From positions 372,001-436,000 of the forward strand of contig OZ025677.1 of the NCBI GenBank assembly GCA_964019335.1: a stretch of DNA of 64,000 nt, read 5' to 3'. The notes below the pieces were generated by a model that was given only the letters and a program-made list of their open reading frames with translations, was not told the origin of the DNA and did not search any database. This document shows positions 42,962-52,649 of the stretch, piece after piece. This DNA comes from Diplonema japonicum. Its lineage: Eukaryota; Protista; Euglenozoa: Diplonemea. A program made the position numbers and the translations under genes. Numbering within the stretch: position 1 is the stretch's first letter; every line of letters starts with the position of its first letter.

Positions 42962-43146
42962 GTTCCTTGTCCTGATGGCGGTCGGTATGCAAGAAAAGCA
43001 AGTAAGGCTATGTTATCTAAGCGCCAAACGAATAACAGACAGAGACTGTAGCCTGAGAATTACGACGCATCGGAGGTGTCAAGGGTGAAGCTGCTGTGGT
43101 AATGACGGATCTCTTCAACGAGGAGCCCTGCGGTGTGTGTTTCGAG

Positions 43147-44525
43147 TCAGGGAAGCATACCAGTAGCTGCCTGCAGTTTCTGTTCGTCAGTGGAGCTGTC
43201 TGCGGCACTCGAAACAATTGCAGGGAAGGGTTTCACGTCACTGAAGTCGTCTTCCAACTCAAGCTCACACTCAATAGCCCACTCTTTATAGCCATCGAAG
43301 AAGGGGTGGTCCATGCATTGTTGCACGTTATATCTCGTAGTAGGGGTGAACCGCAGCATCTGTGATGTAAAATAACATAGTGTGCACATACGTTTGCCAG
43401 CAGGTCAGCTGCTTGGGGGTCACTGTGGAGAGTTGCAGGCTCTTGTTGTGGAACGTACTCCATGATGTGCTTCTTCACCTCCGTCATTTCTTCACCGCAG
43501 ATCTCTGTCAACTCTTCTTCAGAAGGCAGACCCAGCATGTCAAGGATGAGTCGGAGCTGGTGCACGGCAGATTTCCCTTCCAGCAGCACATTGTTGTTGG
43601 GGTGGAAAAGCTCTGCAAGTATACACCCCAAGGACCACACATCCACTTTGTGGTCGTAGTTCTTGTATTCCACGATGAGCTCAGGTGCTCTGTACCACCT
43701 GGTCTCCACGTAGCATGTCAGTGTCTCACCTTCCATCTCTCGTGCAAGGCCGAAGTCACACAGCTTTACATTGCAGTATGTGTCGATGAGTACGTTATGC
43801 GGTTTTAGGTCACGGTGCATTGTGTTTGCTGCGTGCACAGAACCTACTGCACACAGAAGCTGGTACATGATGTGCAGCTTGTGGAGGTCCTCGAGGTCGT
43901 TCTTCTTAGGCTCGAAGCGGATTGTGGTAGGCCGCCCGGTGCCTGCGGTCCGCCGTACCAGCTCGTCATGGGAACCGATTTTCTTGCCGTCGATAGAGTG
44001 CACTTTACGGCCTGCCATGTCCTCCATGCCGCTCTGGCTTCCAACAGATCCTGCCAAGATGTCGCCGAGCGTGTGGTCATCTCCCCACGTGAGGCCATAT
44101 GCAGCGCCCTCCGGGACAGATGGGAGGTGGATTGAATCTTCCTCCTTCTGAGGTGGGTGGAGGAAGGACCACAAATCCATGCCCATAAGGTCCATGACAA
44201 GGTACAGCTCCGTGATTTCCTTTGTGCCCTTCGGGCGGATGATGTCAGACAGCTTTACGATGTTCTCGTGATTGAAGTGTCTCATCATCCGTACCTCGCG
44301 GAGCACGCGCAGCAACGCCTGCCGCTTCTGGGCCGCTGTCTCGAAGTACTCGTTGAAGGTGATCTTTTTGATTGCTACATCACGATCGTTCTTAATGTCA
44401 CGTGCCTGGCACACAAGCCCATAGGCACCCTTTCCCAACCACTGCACCACTTCGTATTCTGTTGCCTTCAGCAACATCGATGACTCCCCACACCAGTAGC
44501 AGGTGTACCCTTCCTCATCCGACAT
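43147..44525 (-). CDS. MAP kinase (TCY activation motif) with inserted PDZ-like domain; exons 44525-43392 and 43359-43147
   Basis: GKGAYG, VAIKK, HRDLKP, DFG and TCYVETRWYRAPE. A 32-nt GTATG..CACAG intron restores the MLRFTP..R..HPFF end of the kinase domain. Confidence 0.92.
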
Positions 44526-44874
44526 ATTCTGGCCTCCTGACGTTTGGTGTGAAGAATGCAGCTATGCGTAAGTAATTGAAGAAATAAAAGTACTACAATC
44601 ATTCATACGACATATGCGAAAGGAAAACGATGCAGATCTTGCTTTCCTATTTTCAATATGTGAAGGAAAACAACGTAGCAGGAAAGTAGAGAGGGGGGGT
44701 GAGGGGTGTCAAGTTGAATTAAGACTCAAGGCGGAGCGGCTATGCTATGGACATTTTGCATGAACCTCATGAACCACAGTCCACGCCTTTTCTACTTCTA
44801 CGGTGATAGGATACGAAACGTTGGTGGCGTCCGACGGTGTGCCGTGAACTGTGCATTTGTTGCATTATGCTACT

Positions 44875-45375
44875 TTAGTTGCACCCAGCGGGTGCCCAGC
44901 CGGAGGGCTGTCCGAGACACTTCCCTGTAATCTCGAAGTTGTAGATTTCATAAGGTGACTCCCCGATGACTTTGAACTCAGGTACCTCCTTCGTGGGGTC
45001 GACCTTGAAGGTGACCCACGTAGCCCTCCAGTTCATCCCATTGGGGTACAGGATTTTCCATTGTACGTTCTGCCCCATCTGCTCGAGGAACCACACGCTC
45101 TGGTTCACGTTCCCACACGACCTAGGGAAGTCGGCAGCCTGGCAGATGGCAACTTCCCTGTTCGTCGAGTCCCCCGAACAGGCGATCGGCTCGCATGGGC
45201 TGAAGGTGTACTCGTACTTGTCCATCCCCTTGACAGGATAGTTGAACACCTTGCTGATGTCGAACACGGTGCCGTTCCCGTATGCCTTGCAAGGGTTCAT
45301 GGGGTCGGTCCTGAGCTGCATCCCGTTGGCTGCGTAACTGCAGGCAAGGAGCAACACGAAAGTCGATTTCATCAT
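44875..45375 (-). CDS. Small secreted MRH (mannose-6-phosphate receptor homology) domain protein
   Basis: Signal peptide, then C..GTVFDIS..YEYTFSPC..ICQ..SCG..LYPNG..WRAT..GESPYEIYNFEI, containing the Q/R/E/Y sugar-binding signature. No TM segment. Confidence 0.7.
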   Translation of the reverse strand: MMKSTFVLLLACSYAANGMQLRTDPMNPCKAYGNGTVFDISKVFNYPVKGMDKYEYTFSPCEPIACSGDSTNREVAICQAADFPRSCGNVNQSVWFLEQMGQNVQWKILYPNGMNWRATWVTFKVDPTKEVPEFKVIGESPYEIYNFEITGKCLGQPSGWAPAGCN

Positions 45376-45447
45376 TTCTGGTTAAATAAAAAGTCCTATG
45401 AGGCTCAATTGCAGACAAGCTAAGATGCATTGAATAGAATGCCAAGG

Positions 45448-46965
45448 CTACCGGTCCTTTTCGAACCTAATGAGGTGGTAAATGAACGCACGTGAACACT
45501 GCCGAAGACGGCCACCAGCTAAGTGCTGCAGCACGACAGACCGGTCCATGTGATGCACCACAAGCATCCTCATGATGTCTTTGTTCATACTGAAAACTGC
45601 ATTTGTGAGGCCAAGCCCTACGACTGCCCCTCGAGACAGCAGTGCTTGAAGGGAAGTAATATGGTGCTTCTTGCAGCAGCTGTCAAGTGCAGTGTCACCT
45701 ATGTGATTCTTCGTGTTGAGAAAGCTTGCGAACCACTCGTACGGAAGCACGTTGGCCGCGTGCTGCAAAACAACGCCCATAGTAAACTGAGCCGATCTGT
45801 GTCCAACAGCTGCGTGCAGCAAGGTTTCCCCGTTCCTGTCTTCTTCACGGTACATATTGCCGTTGGCGCTGTAGAAGGCCTTCAGATTGTACTCAATGCC
45901 TCTCTCCTCCGGCCCATACCGCAAAAGGTAGAATAAGGCAGTTCTGCCACCGGAATCTTGTCTCGCTGCAAACTGCAGGAGGCAGTCAGGCACCGCCATG
46001 ACGCTCCCATGGTGCTTTATTACAAAGTGGTGCAGCACTGTTCTCTGCCGGAAGTCCACAACGGTCATGTCCACACCATAGCCGGGCATGCTCTCCAAAC
46101 TCTCATAGTTTGACCCGATAGCTGCGTAGTGCAATGCTGTCAGCCCCTTGCAACACCGCACCGATAGGTCAGCCCACCCGTTCTTGAGTATGTCGCCGAG
46201 TATCGCTGTGTGTATCTTTCCGAACCCAAGTAACCCCATCAATATGGTAAGGCCCGCGTTGTGCGGCACTGTCCTTGGCAGGTACCACTTCTGCTGCACC
46301 TTGCTATTAATGTCCAAGCCGTTCTCAAGAAGCAAGGCAACGATGGGGGCCGCTTCCGCTTGGCTGAACCTTACATTTTCCAAAAACGCTATCTGGGACG
46401 GAGCAAACGGCCCGAAATACCGAACAAGGTGCTGTAGGAACGGCAGGCTGACGGTGGGGGACCTTCCTAAATCAGATGAGGCGAGGTAAGAATGGATGCG
46501 TGGGTGGCGGGCTAGAAGAGGGAGCACAGCATCCTCCAGTTGGTTGCTGATGGCAACTTGTACCATCTCAGTGATGGCACACTTCAAGTCCGATTCAGCA
46601 GCGGGACAGTTCTCGAATAAGAAGAGGACATGTTCCAAGACTGTCAAATCCCTTATTTGGCTCCTCGTGATTGCTGCATAATTGCTGGGTACGAATGGCA
46701 CCTGTGTGGCCTTCTCAACCATGCGCAGGGCTACCTGGTACCTGTTTGGTACGACGTCTATGACAGCATCCTGTACGAGGCCTAGGCTGTCCATCACCTC
46801 AGCGTCGTTAAGGATGTTATCCTCGTAGCTTAACGCGATCTGTTCCTCTTGCACACGGGATGCTTTTGCAGTTTTCCTTTTCACTTCACCCACTGTCTCG
46901 CTTGCGGCGACTTCAACATCGATCAAGTCACCTGTTGCGAGCTTGAGGAACACCGTCATCGACAT
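45448..46965 (-). CDS. Ubiquitin-like domain plus ankyrin-repeat protein
   Basis: N-terminal UBL (VFLKLATGDLIDVEV..ETVGEVK..L.D..LGL). Ankyrin motifs GLTALHYAA, RTVLHH, GRTALFY, GETLLHAA and GDTALD. Confidence 0.85.
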   Translation of the reverse strand: MSMTVFLKLATGDLIDVEVAASETVGEVKRKTAKASRVQEEQIALSYEDNILNDAEVMDSLGLVQDAVIDVVPNRYQVALRMVEKATQVPFVPSNYAAITRSQIRDLTVLEHVLFLFENCPAAESDLKCAITEMVQVAISNQLEDAVLPLLARHPRIHSYLASSDLGRSPTVSLPFLQHLVRYFGPFAPSQIAFLENVRFSQAEAAPIVALLLENGLDINSKVQQKWYLPRTVPHNAGLTILMGLLGFGKIHTAILGDILKNGWADLSVRCCKGLTALHYAAIGSNYESLESMPGYGVDMTVVDFRQRTVLHHFVIKHHGSVMAVPDCLLQFAARQDSGGRTALFYLLRYGPEERGIEYNLKAFYSANGNMYREEDRNGETLLHAAVGHRSAQFTMGVVLQHAANVLPYEWFASFLNTKNHIGDTALDSCCKKHHITSLQALLSRGAVVGLGLTNAVFSMNKDIMRMLVVHHMDRSVVLQHLAGGRLRQCSRAFIYHLIRFEKDR

Positions 46966-47058
46966 CTCGGTACCCCTTACTTTTTTGTTTTCTTCTCTTT
47001 TCCACCTTTCTTGCTCTCCTTGAACAAAATCGTAAATGAATTGTTATAATCTTATTAA

Positions 47059-48819
47059 CCATCTATCAACGAGCGTCTATATATAGACGATTTGAAAAAA
47101 AATCTTTTACGCAAAGGGCTTTCAATGCAATACGGCCCGGCCCTTTCTTGCCGGCGGGGTCCTGCGCGGAAAATATGAAAAATATAAACTAAATGCTGCC
47201 CTAACTTAACAAGAAAATGAAAAAATAAAAAAAAACGCCAGCCCAAATTTACCCTTAAAAATCACTTAAAAAAAGGCGCCCGGAAAGAGGCCGGAAGAGG
47301 ACGTCATGAGTGATGGCAGCACTGATGGCTCATCCCTATTATGCAATTTTGATACAAACAGTGATTCTGACACGAATTCGACCGATTCCGAGTCACAGCA
47401 GGGTGATTCAAAGCCGGAGCAGTTGGAAGGCATCCGGTTTCGTGAAAATCGGAATCCTTGTGGACCCTGTTTTGACATCAAAGGCTCAACGCCATACCAT
47501 ATATTCTCCCAAATGCTCGTCCCAAACTTTATTCGGGTCATAACTTCGAACAATGTGGCAAATGCGGCTAAAAAAGGTGTCTCCCTGGATCTCGATGCTG
47601 CTTCTCTGCGTACCTTCCTAGGTGTCCTTTTGTCGATGGACTTGGATATCAAGCCAGATTATTCTGATTACTGGTGCACTGGCTCCACGTTTCTCAACTA
47701 CACCCCTGGGTACGCCACCGTCATGTCAAGAGACCGCTTTTTGACTATTCTGGGAAATCTGTGTTTCCACAGCGAAACAAACAAGCGTGCTGATGCCCCA
47801 AAGAAGCGAGGCCGCAAGCCCAAGGACGCGCATCCCATGGGGACACAGTTCCACCAGCACGCGAGCATCCTTTGCACCACAACGTGGCATGACATCAAGC
47901 CTGTGTGCTTTCTATCGACGTTGGATGTTCCAGTGAAGTCAAATTTGACCGTCCGCCAAAAGAGAATGAAAGCCGGAAAGGACATCTTGTTCCCACCAAG
48001 TGCATATTTACAACACCGCAATGGGCGGAACCGACCTGGGTGACGCTGTGACAAAACGCCATAAACGCACCCTTATGACTTAAAAGTGGCCCCTAAAAGT
48101 ATTTTCGTACTTGTTAGGTAAATCTCTGGCGAATGCTTGGCTTGTTTGGAAAGAAGCCTTGCCCCCCAACACCCTGAGTACGAACGACAGTGTATTGACG
48201 CCTTTCAGAGAGGCAGTCATCGAAGGGCTACTAGGGGAGGCAGTCTAAACAACAGATAAAGTCAACTACAGAGCAGGCTGCCCCAATACCATGCCCCGAA
48301 ACACAGAACGAGTGCTCTGAGACCCCAATGCGCCGTGACAGTACCTTCTGGGGCCATTTCCCCGAAAAAGTAGTGCAACGTGCGGTGCAAGCATTTCAAG
48401 TCGAAAAGACCCCTATTTCAGTGTTCAGCCTGCTTGGTACAACTTTGCGTGACTCCGTGCTTCAAAGACTGCCACCTTGCCGGGGATACCCCCAGAAACC
48501 CCTCCCGGGGTCAAAAAAGAAGTCCCCCAGCCCTGGGGCACGTACGAACCGCGTCAAGAAGGCCTTAAATAGCTTTTTATAGAATTTTACAGTCGATTCT
48601 TTTTGACTTGTTTTTTGTACCCCCTCTCGGGCACTTCAGGAACGATATTTTTGACAATGTTGTGGGGGTGGGCCCTGCTGTGGGCACCCTCTCTCTAGAA
48701 TTGGGACATCTGGAGGCATTTCCGGGGGCATATAGCCCCGGCGTTGCGCTAGAATAGCTTTTTTTTGAAGTTTTGAAAATTTACCCCCTGGTGGGCAAAA
48801 ATGGTCCGTTGGTAGATGG
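47059..48819 (+). mobile_element. Non-autonomous piggyBac DNA transposon, copy 2 (1761 bp)
   Basis: TTAA|CCATCTATCAACG ... CGTTGGTAGATGG|TTAA (TSDs 47055-47058 and 48820-48823). Near-identical to 13793-15592. Confidence 0.95.
47306..48568 (+). pseudogene. piggyBac transposase pseudogene
   Basis: Same motifs as copy 1. A 245-aa ORF is followed by frameshifts and an in-frame TAA before KWPLKVF; Cys-rich C-terminus. Confidence 0.88.
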
Positions 48820-49368
48820 TTAAAAAAAAAGTGGAGATGACCGTTTGACGATCCTGCCGACACGGCTGAGGCCCGAAGGACGGCTGTGTTCTATCGAGCG
48901 ACAAGGATCACGTCGACGGGGCGGATCTGGATATGCCCTCCCTGTTTATGGGTAGTGCAAATAAACAATGAGGACTGAACGTTTTGGGGACCTTGAAAAT
49001 CGCAGTGCAAGCTGACTAGGTTGCGGAGACCTTAGACCTCGTAGACGTCATACTGACTTTTCAACTACAAACTACTAACTCTTCTTTTTCTGTTCAAAAA
49101 CGTTAATAACTATTCACTCAAAAGAAATAATGGGGGGGGGTGTGAGAAGAGTCTGTGGGGTGGAGGGTGGATAAAAAAAACTTTCATTTGTGGGAAAAAA
49201 AAAAGTGATAGGGAGGGGGGCGAGAAGTGTTAGCAACGACCCCCCCCCCCCCCCCCCCCCCCTCCCATCAAGAAAAAGAAGGAGGGGCAACAAAAAAAAA
49301 CCTCTATTTGATCTAAGAAAAAGGGGGGGAAAAAAAAAGAACCAGCATCTAAAGATACTACCAACAAA

Positions 49369-50319
49369 CTACTTCCATCGTCTAGGAGACGAGGAGCGAG
49401 TGTGAACAAAGGGGCGAGGGGCAGGTGGTGGCGGCGTGTAGCGATGACGCCTATAGGTAGACGACCCTGCCGAGGAGTAGGAGTGAGTGCTACGGACGCT
49501 GCTACAACGCGAAGCAGACCTAGTGGACGAAGCTACGGATGCCCTACCCCTGCTGCCCGTGCTGTGCCGACCAGCACTGCCCTTGCTGTCCCTGCTTCCT
49601 CTGCTTGTGATGGAGGAAGATCGTGATGTCGGCCGGCCCGACATCACCCGGCTTGACACCCTGTTGCTTGCCCCATGCTGTTTTGTCCTCCTTGCGTTTA
49701 GCAGCTCACGATGAACCTCTGCAAGCTCTTCCTTCAACGAAATAAGCTGCCGTTTCATTTTTCTCTCCCTTGTCTCGTAGCCTTCTATAAGGTCGCTGTC
49801 CTTCTTTGCTCGATTGTACAAGCTTCTGTTGAGCTTTCGGAGCTCAGCAACTTCCTTCATAAGCTTTTCAGATTGAGGGTCCCTCTTAGGTTTTGTACTC
49901 GCAGTTGGGCGAGTAGTGCGCTCTACTGTGCGTTCCGCCGTGGGCGGGCTGTCTCTGTTGAGGATAATGGTGTACAGGGCGCGGCCGTAAGAGACGTTGT
50001 AGTCTATCAGGACGTACAGTTTTTTCTTGTACTTTGCTGGGATTTCGCGCGGGACTTGTGACCCGTTCCTGTCTAGGAGGCCTTCGTAGTCGCACACGTC
50101 AACCGCTACAGTGTGGGTGCCCCCTTCGATGCCGCATGCTATCAGGTCGCTGAATTCTTGCAGGCCCCTCTCGTATCCTGCTTCCTCTGTTATTTTCTTC
50201 ACTGCGGTCGCGTCCAATGCCACCTTCCATTTTTTAGATCCCAAGACCACCTCCAATGTAATGTTTTTTGTGCTGCTCTCTACCGTGATGCAGTACCCTT
50301 CTTCCTCGTTTTGCGACAT
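49369..50319 (-). CDS. CCDC61: CCDC61/VFL3-like centriolar protein (SAS-6/XRCC4-like head, coiled coil, basic Ser/Arg tail)
   Basis: W..ALDATAVKKITEEAG..F..L....V.VD..Y and KLYVLIDYNVSYGRALYTIIL match the CCDC61 head pattern (WRGEFD..IEDLTHKTGNFK..KRYLILIYSVEFDRIHYPLPL). Confidence 0.72.
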   Translation of the reverse strand: MSQNEEEGYCITVESSTKNITLEVVLGSKKWKVALDATAVKKITEEAGYERGLQEFSDLIACGIEGGTHTVAVDVCDYEGLLDRNGSQVPREIPAKYKKKLYVLIDYNVSYGRALYTIILNRDSPPTAERTVERTTRPTASTKPKRDPQSEKLMKEVAELRKLNRSLYNRAKKDSDLIEGYETRERKMKRQLISLKEELAEVHRELLNARRTKQHGASNRVSSRVMSGRPTSRSSSITSRGSRDSKGSAGRHSTGSRGRASVASSTRSASRCSSVRSTHSYSSAGSSTYRRHRYTPPPPAPRPFVHTRSSSPRRWK

Positions 50320-50539
50320 TTCTTTTTTATTTACTTTCTGTGAGTATTTCTTTTTTTCTTTTCATTTTTTTTTTTTTTTTTTTTCTATTCACCAAAAATA
50401 AGAATGGTAAAAGTCAAGATAAATAATAGTTATTTTTTCTTTTTTTTTTTTTTTTAAAAAAAGGATAGCAAGAGATAGCGAAAGAAAAAACAAAGAAGAA
50501 AAAGTAAATATAAAAGTGGTTTCATCTTCTCATATTATA

Positions 50540-50767
50540 TGACTCGTCCGTCCAGCTAAAAACCTTTCGATTCTTACTCAGTCGCCAAAAGAAATTCCAC
50601 CAAAATTAATAACAATGTGGAAAGTTGTAAATTGCCCGCAAAAAACCTCAGATATCGACTGTCTGGAGTCACTAGATATACAACCAAAAAGTAGTCGTTT
50701 TTGGTGTTCTTGCCTGTTTGTATGACAAAAAAAATGAAAAGTTTTTGGTTTAGGCGGGACGGAGTCA
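50540..50767. mobile_element. TA-flanked MITE, TGACTCC family (copy B, 228 bp)
   Basis: TA|TGACTCGTCCGTCCAGCTAAAA ... TTTAGGCGGGACGGAGTCA|TA. Confidence 0.68.
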
Positions 50768-50979
50768 TATCCATATTTTTTTTTTTTTGAACATGGTCTT
50801 TTTTCTTTTTTTTTTTTTTGCTTCAAGTCGCTGGTCCATCGTGAATATTCCTATTCGGAACAAAGAGAGAAAAAGATAAAAAGGGAAGAAAAAAGAGAAG
50901 AAAAAAAAAAAAGAAAGTGAAATGAACAAAATAACAAGACCGTCTTCAGGAGTTATATAGTTTTCTTTTTTTTTTTTTA

Positions 50980-51269
50980 TTTCACTCTTCTGAAATTACT
51001 TCACGCTCTCGGGGCTCATTACGCTAGTAATAGGGGTTTCCGGTAAATAATATGCCTAGTTGCCAGAAAGACTTCAAAATGCCGAAGCAGCAGAAAGTGA
51101 GGAGTGACTGGCCGCGCCAGGTATGAGAGCCTGATCAGGGGTGACAGTGGCGGTGCCAGCGACAGCGGCAGCACTTAGGTGCAGTGTATCCCTTTGTAAC
51201 CTTTCTCTTGTTGTACCCATTGTCACTTCTTTTGCCCCTTGTAGTCAAGTAATTCAGAAAATCGTGAAA
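50980..51269. mobile_element. TA-flanked MITE, TTTCAC family (copy 2, 290 bp)
   Basis: TA|TTTCACTCTTCTGAAATTACTTCAC ... GTCAAGTAATTCAGAAAATCGTGAAA|TA. Inverted homologue of 10014-10292. Confidence 0.7.
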
Positions 51270-51284
51270 TAAAACCACTTACCC

Positions 51285-51366
51285 AGTAATGACTTTACCG
51301 CCTCTCGGTTCCGCATTTTACCGGCACTGGTGAGCGGAACCTCGAGGCAACGGTAAAGTCATTACT
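51285..51366. repeat. Near-perfect 82-nt hairpin
   Basis: Perfect 16-bp AGTAATGACTTTACCG/CGGTAAAGTCATTACT, then CCTC/GAGG, GGTTCCGC/GCGGAACC and TTACC/GGTGA. Confidence 0.85.
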
Positions 51367-52649
51367 TCTTGGGGTAGTGAATGGCTATTTCTTCTTCTTT
51401 TTTTTTTTTTTTTTTCTCGTGGTTGTGGGAGACTTGATCACATGCTCTGTGTTACGTGCGACCGAACGGAAAAAAAACAAAAATGGAGTAAGCAGAAATC
51501 AAAAGGATCATTAAAGCTGATCGGGCTGCGAAAGAAAAGAAGGGGAAAAAAAAAAAAAGAAAAGACGTAAAGTTCCCACATGAGGGCAGCCTCTTGTGGG
51601 GTGAATTTTCACACGGCATTTTTGCTCTTACAAGATCCTGAGCATTACTAAAAAAAAAATACAAAACAAAAAAAAAGGGGGGGGGAGAGATCAACCCGAC
51701 ATGCCCACGTATAGGATAGGGACGAAAAAATGGGGGGGGAAGGAGAAAGAGCGGCTTGCTTGTCAGGAAAAAAGTGAATGAAAAGAACACTAAAGAAATA
51801 AATAAAAAAAAAGAAAAGAACAATCATAAAAAAAGAAGAATGGCGGGTTATCTTCTTTGTTTGTGAGCAACGGGTTACAAGACTTTTTTTTTTTTTTAAA
51901 CCTAATAAAAAGATTATTTGTAATATTTGTAACGCATAGTGCTTCTCTTTTTCTTTTCTTTTTCTTTTTTTTTTTTTTTTTTTTTTTTTTTGCAACATAT
52001 TTCACGATTACCTACAATAGCTGCGTTCATCATAAAGATAAAGGGGGAAAAAAAAAAACAAAAACAAAAAGTTAGTTTGGAATTGGACAAAAAAGAATCT
52101 TTTTTTTAATTACACCCATCGTCATTACGTTCACTCATAATGAATTCGGTTCAAGAGGGGAGTTGCCCGTAAAATGCCTTTTTTTCAACTATCTGCTACT
52201 TGGGAGATCTTTATCTCAATAGACAACTCTGTTGAGATGCACCCAAGCAACTGCGATTCTGGAAAAACTGGTGGAAAATAGCCAGTCGGCGTTTAAATAA
52301 AAGACCTCGGCAATCTGAGTGGTTAGCAACATGGTGGCGTGCCTACCTTGTGAAACGAAAAGAAAAAGATCGTTTTTGGTTTTCCTTGGGAAAATCCACC
52401 CAAGGGGTGACAGCCTCTGGAAGAAATCTCCTTTTAACATTTTTAATAAATTACTTTTCTTAATTGCTTCAAACTTCTTAAAACACGGCGATAGCAACAT
52501 GTAACCAAATAGCGCAGTGAGCGACTCAATGACGAAAGGGTAAATCAAAAAAAAAAAAAGAAATAAAATGAATAACTTACCGCCACAATTCAACTCTCGT
52601 TGGCTTATCTTTCGTAGACAATAAAAAGAAAATGGGCTTTTCTCATTGT

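Noticed and set aside
13793-48819. 35-kb composite transposon carrying host genes
   Set aside because: Each copy has its own TTAA flanks and both outer termini are right ends.
52216-52593. 125-aa ORF downstream of the membrane-protein gene
   Set aside because: Non-ATG start, AT-rich composition and no motifs.
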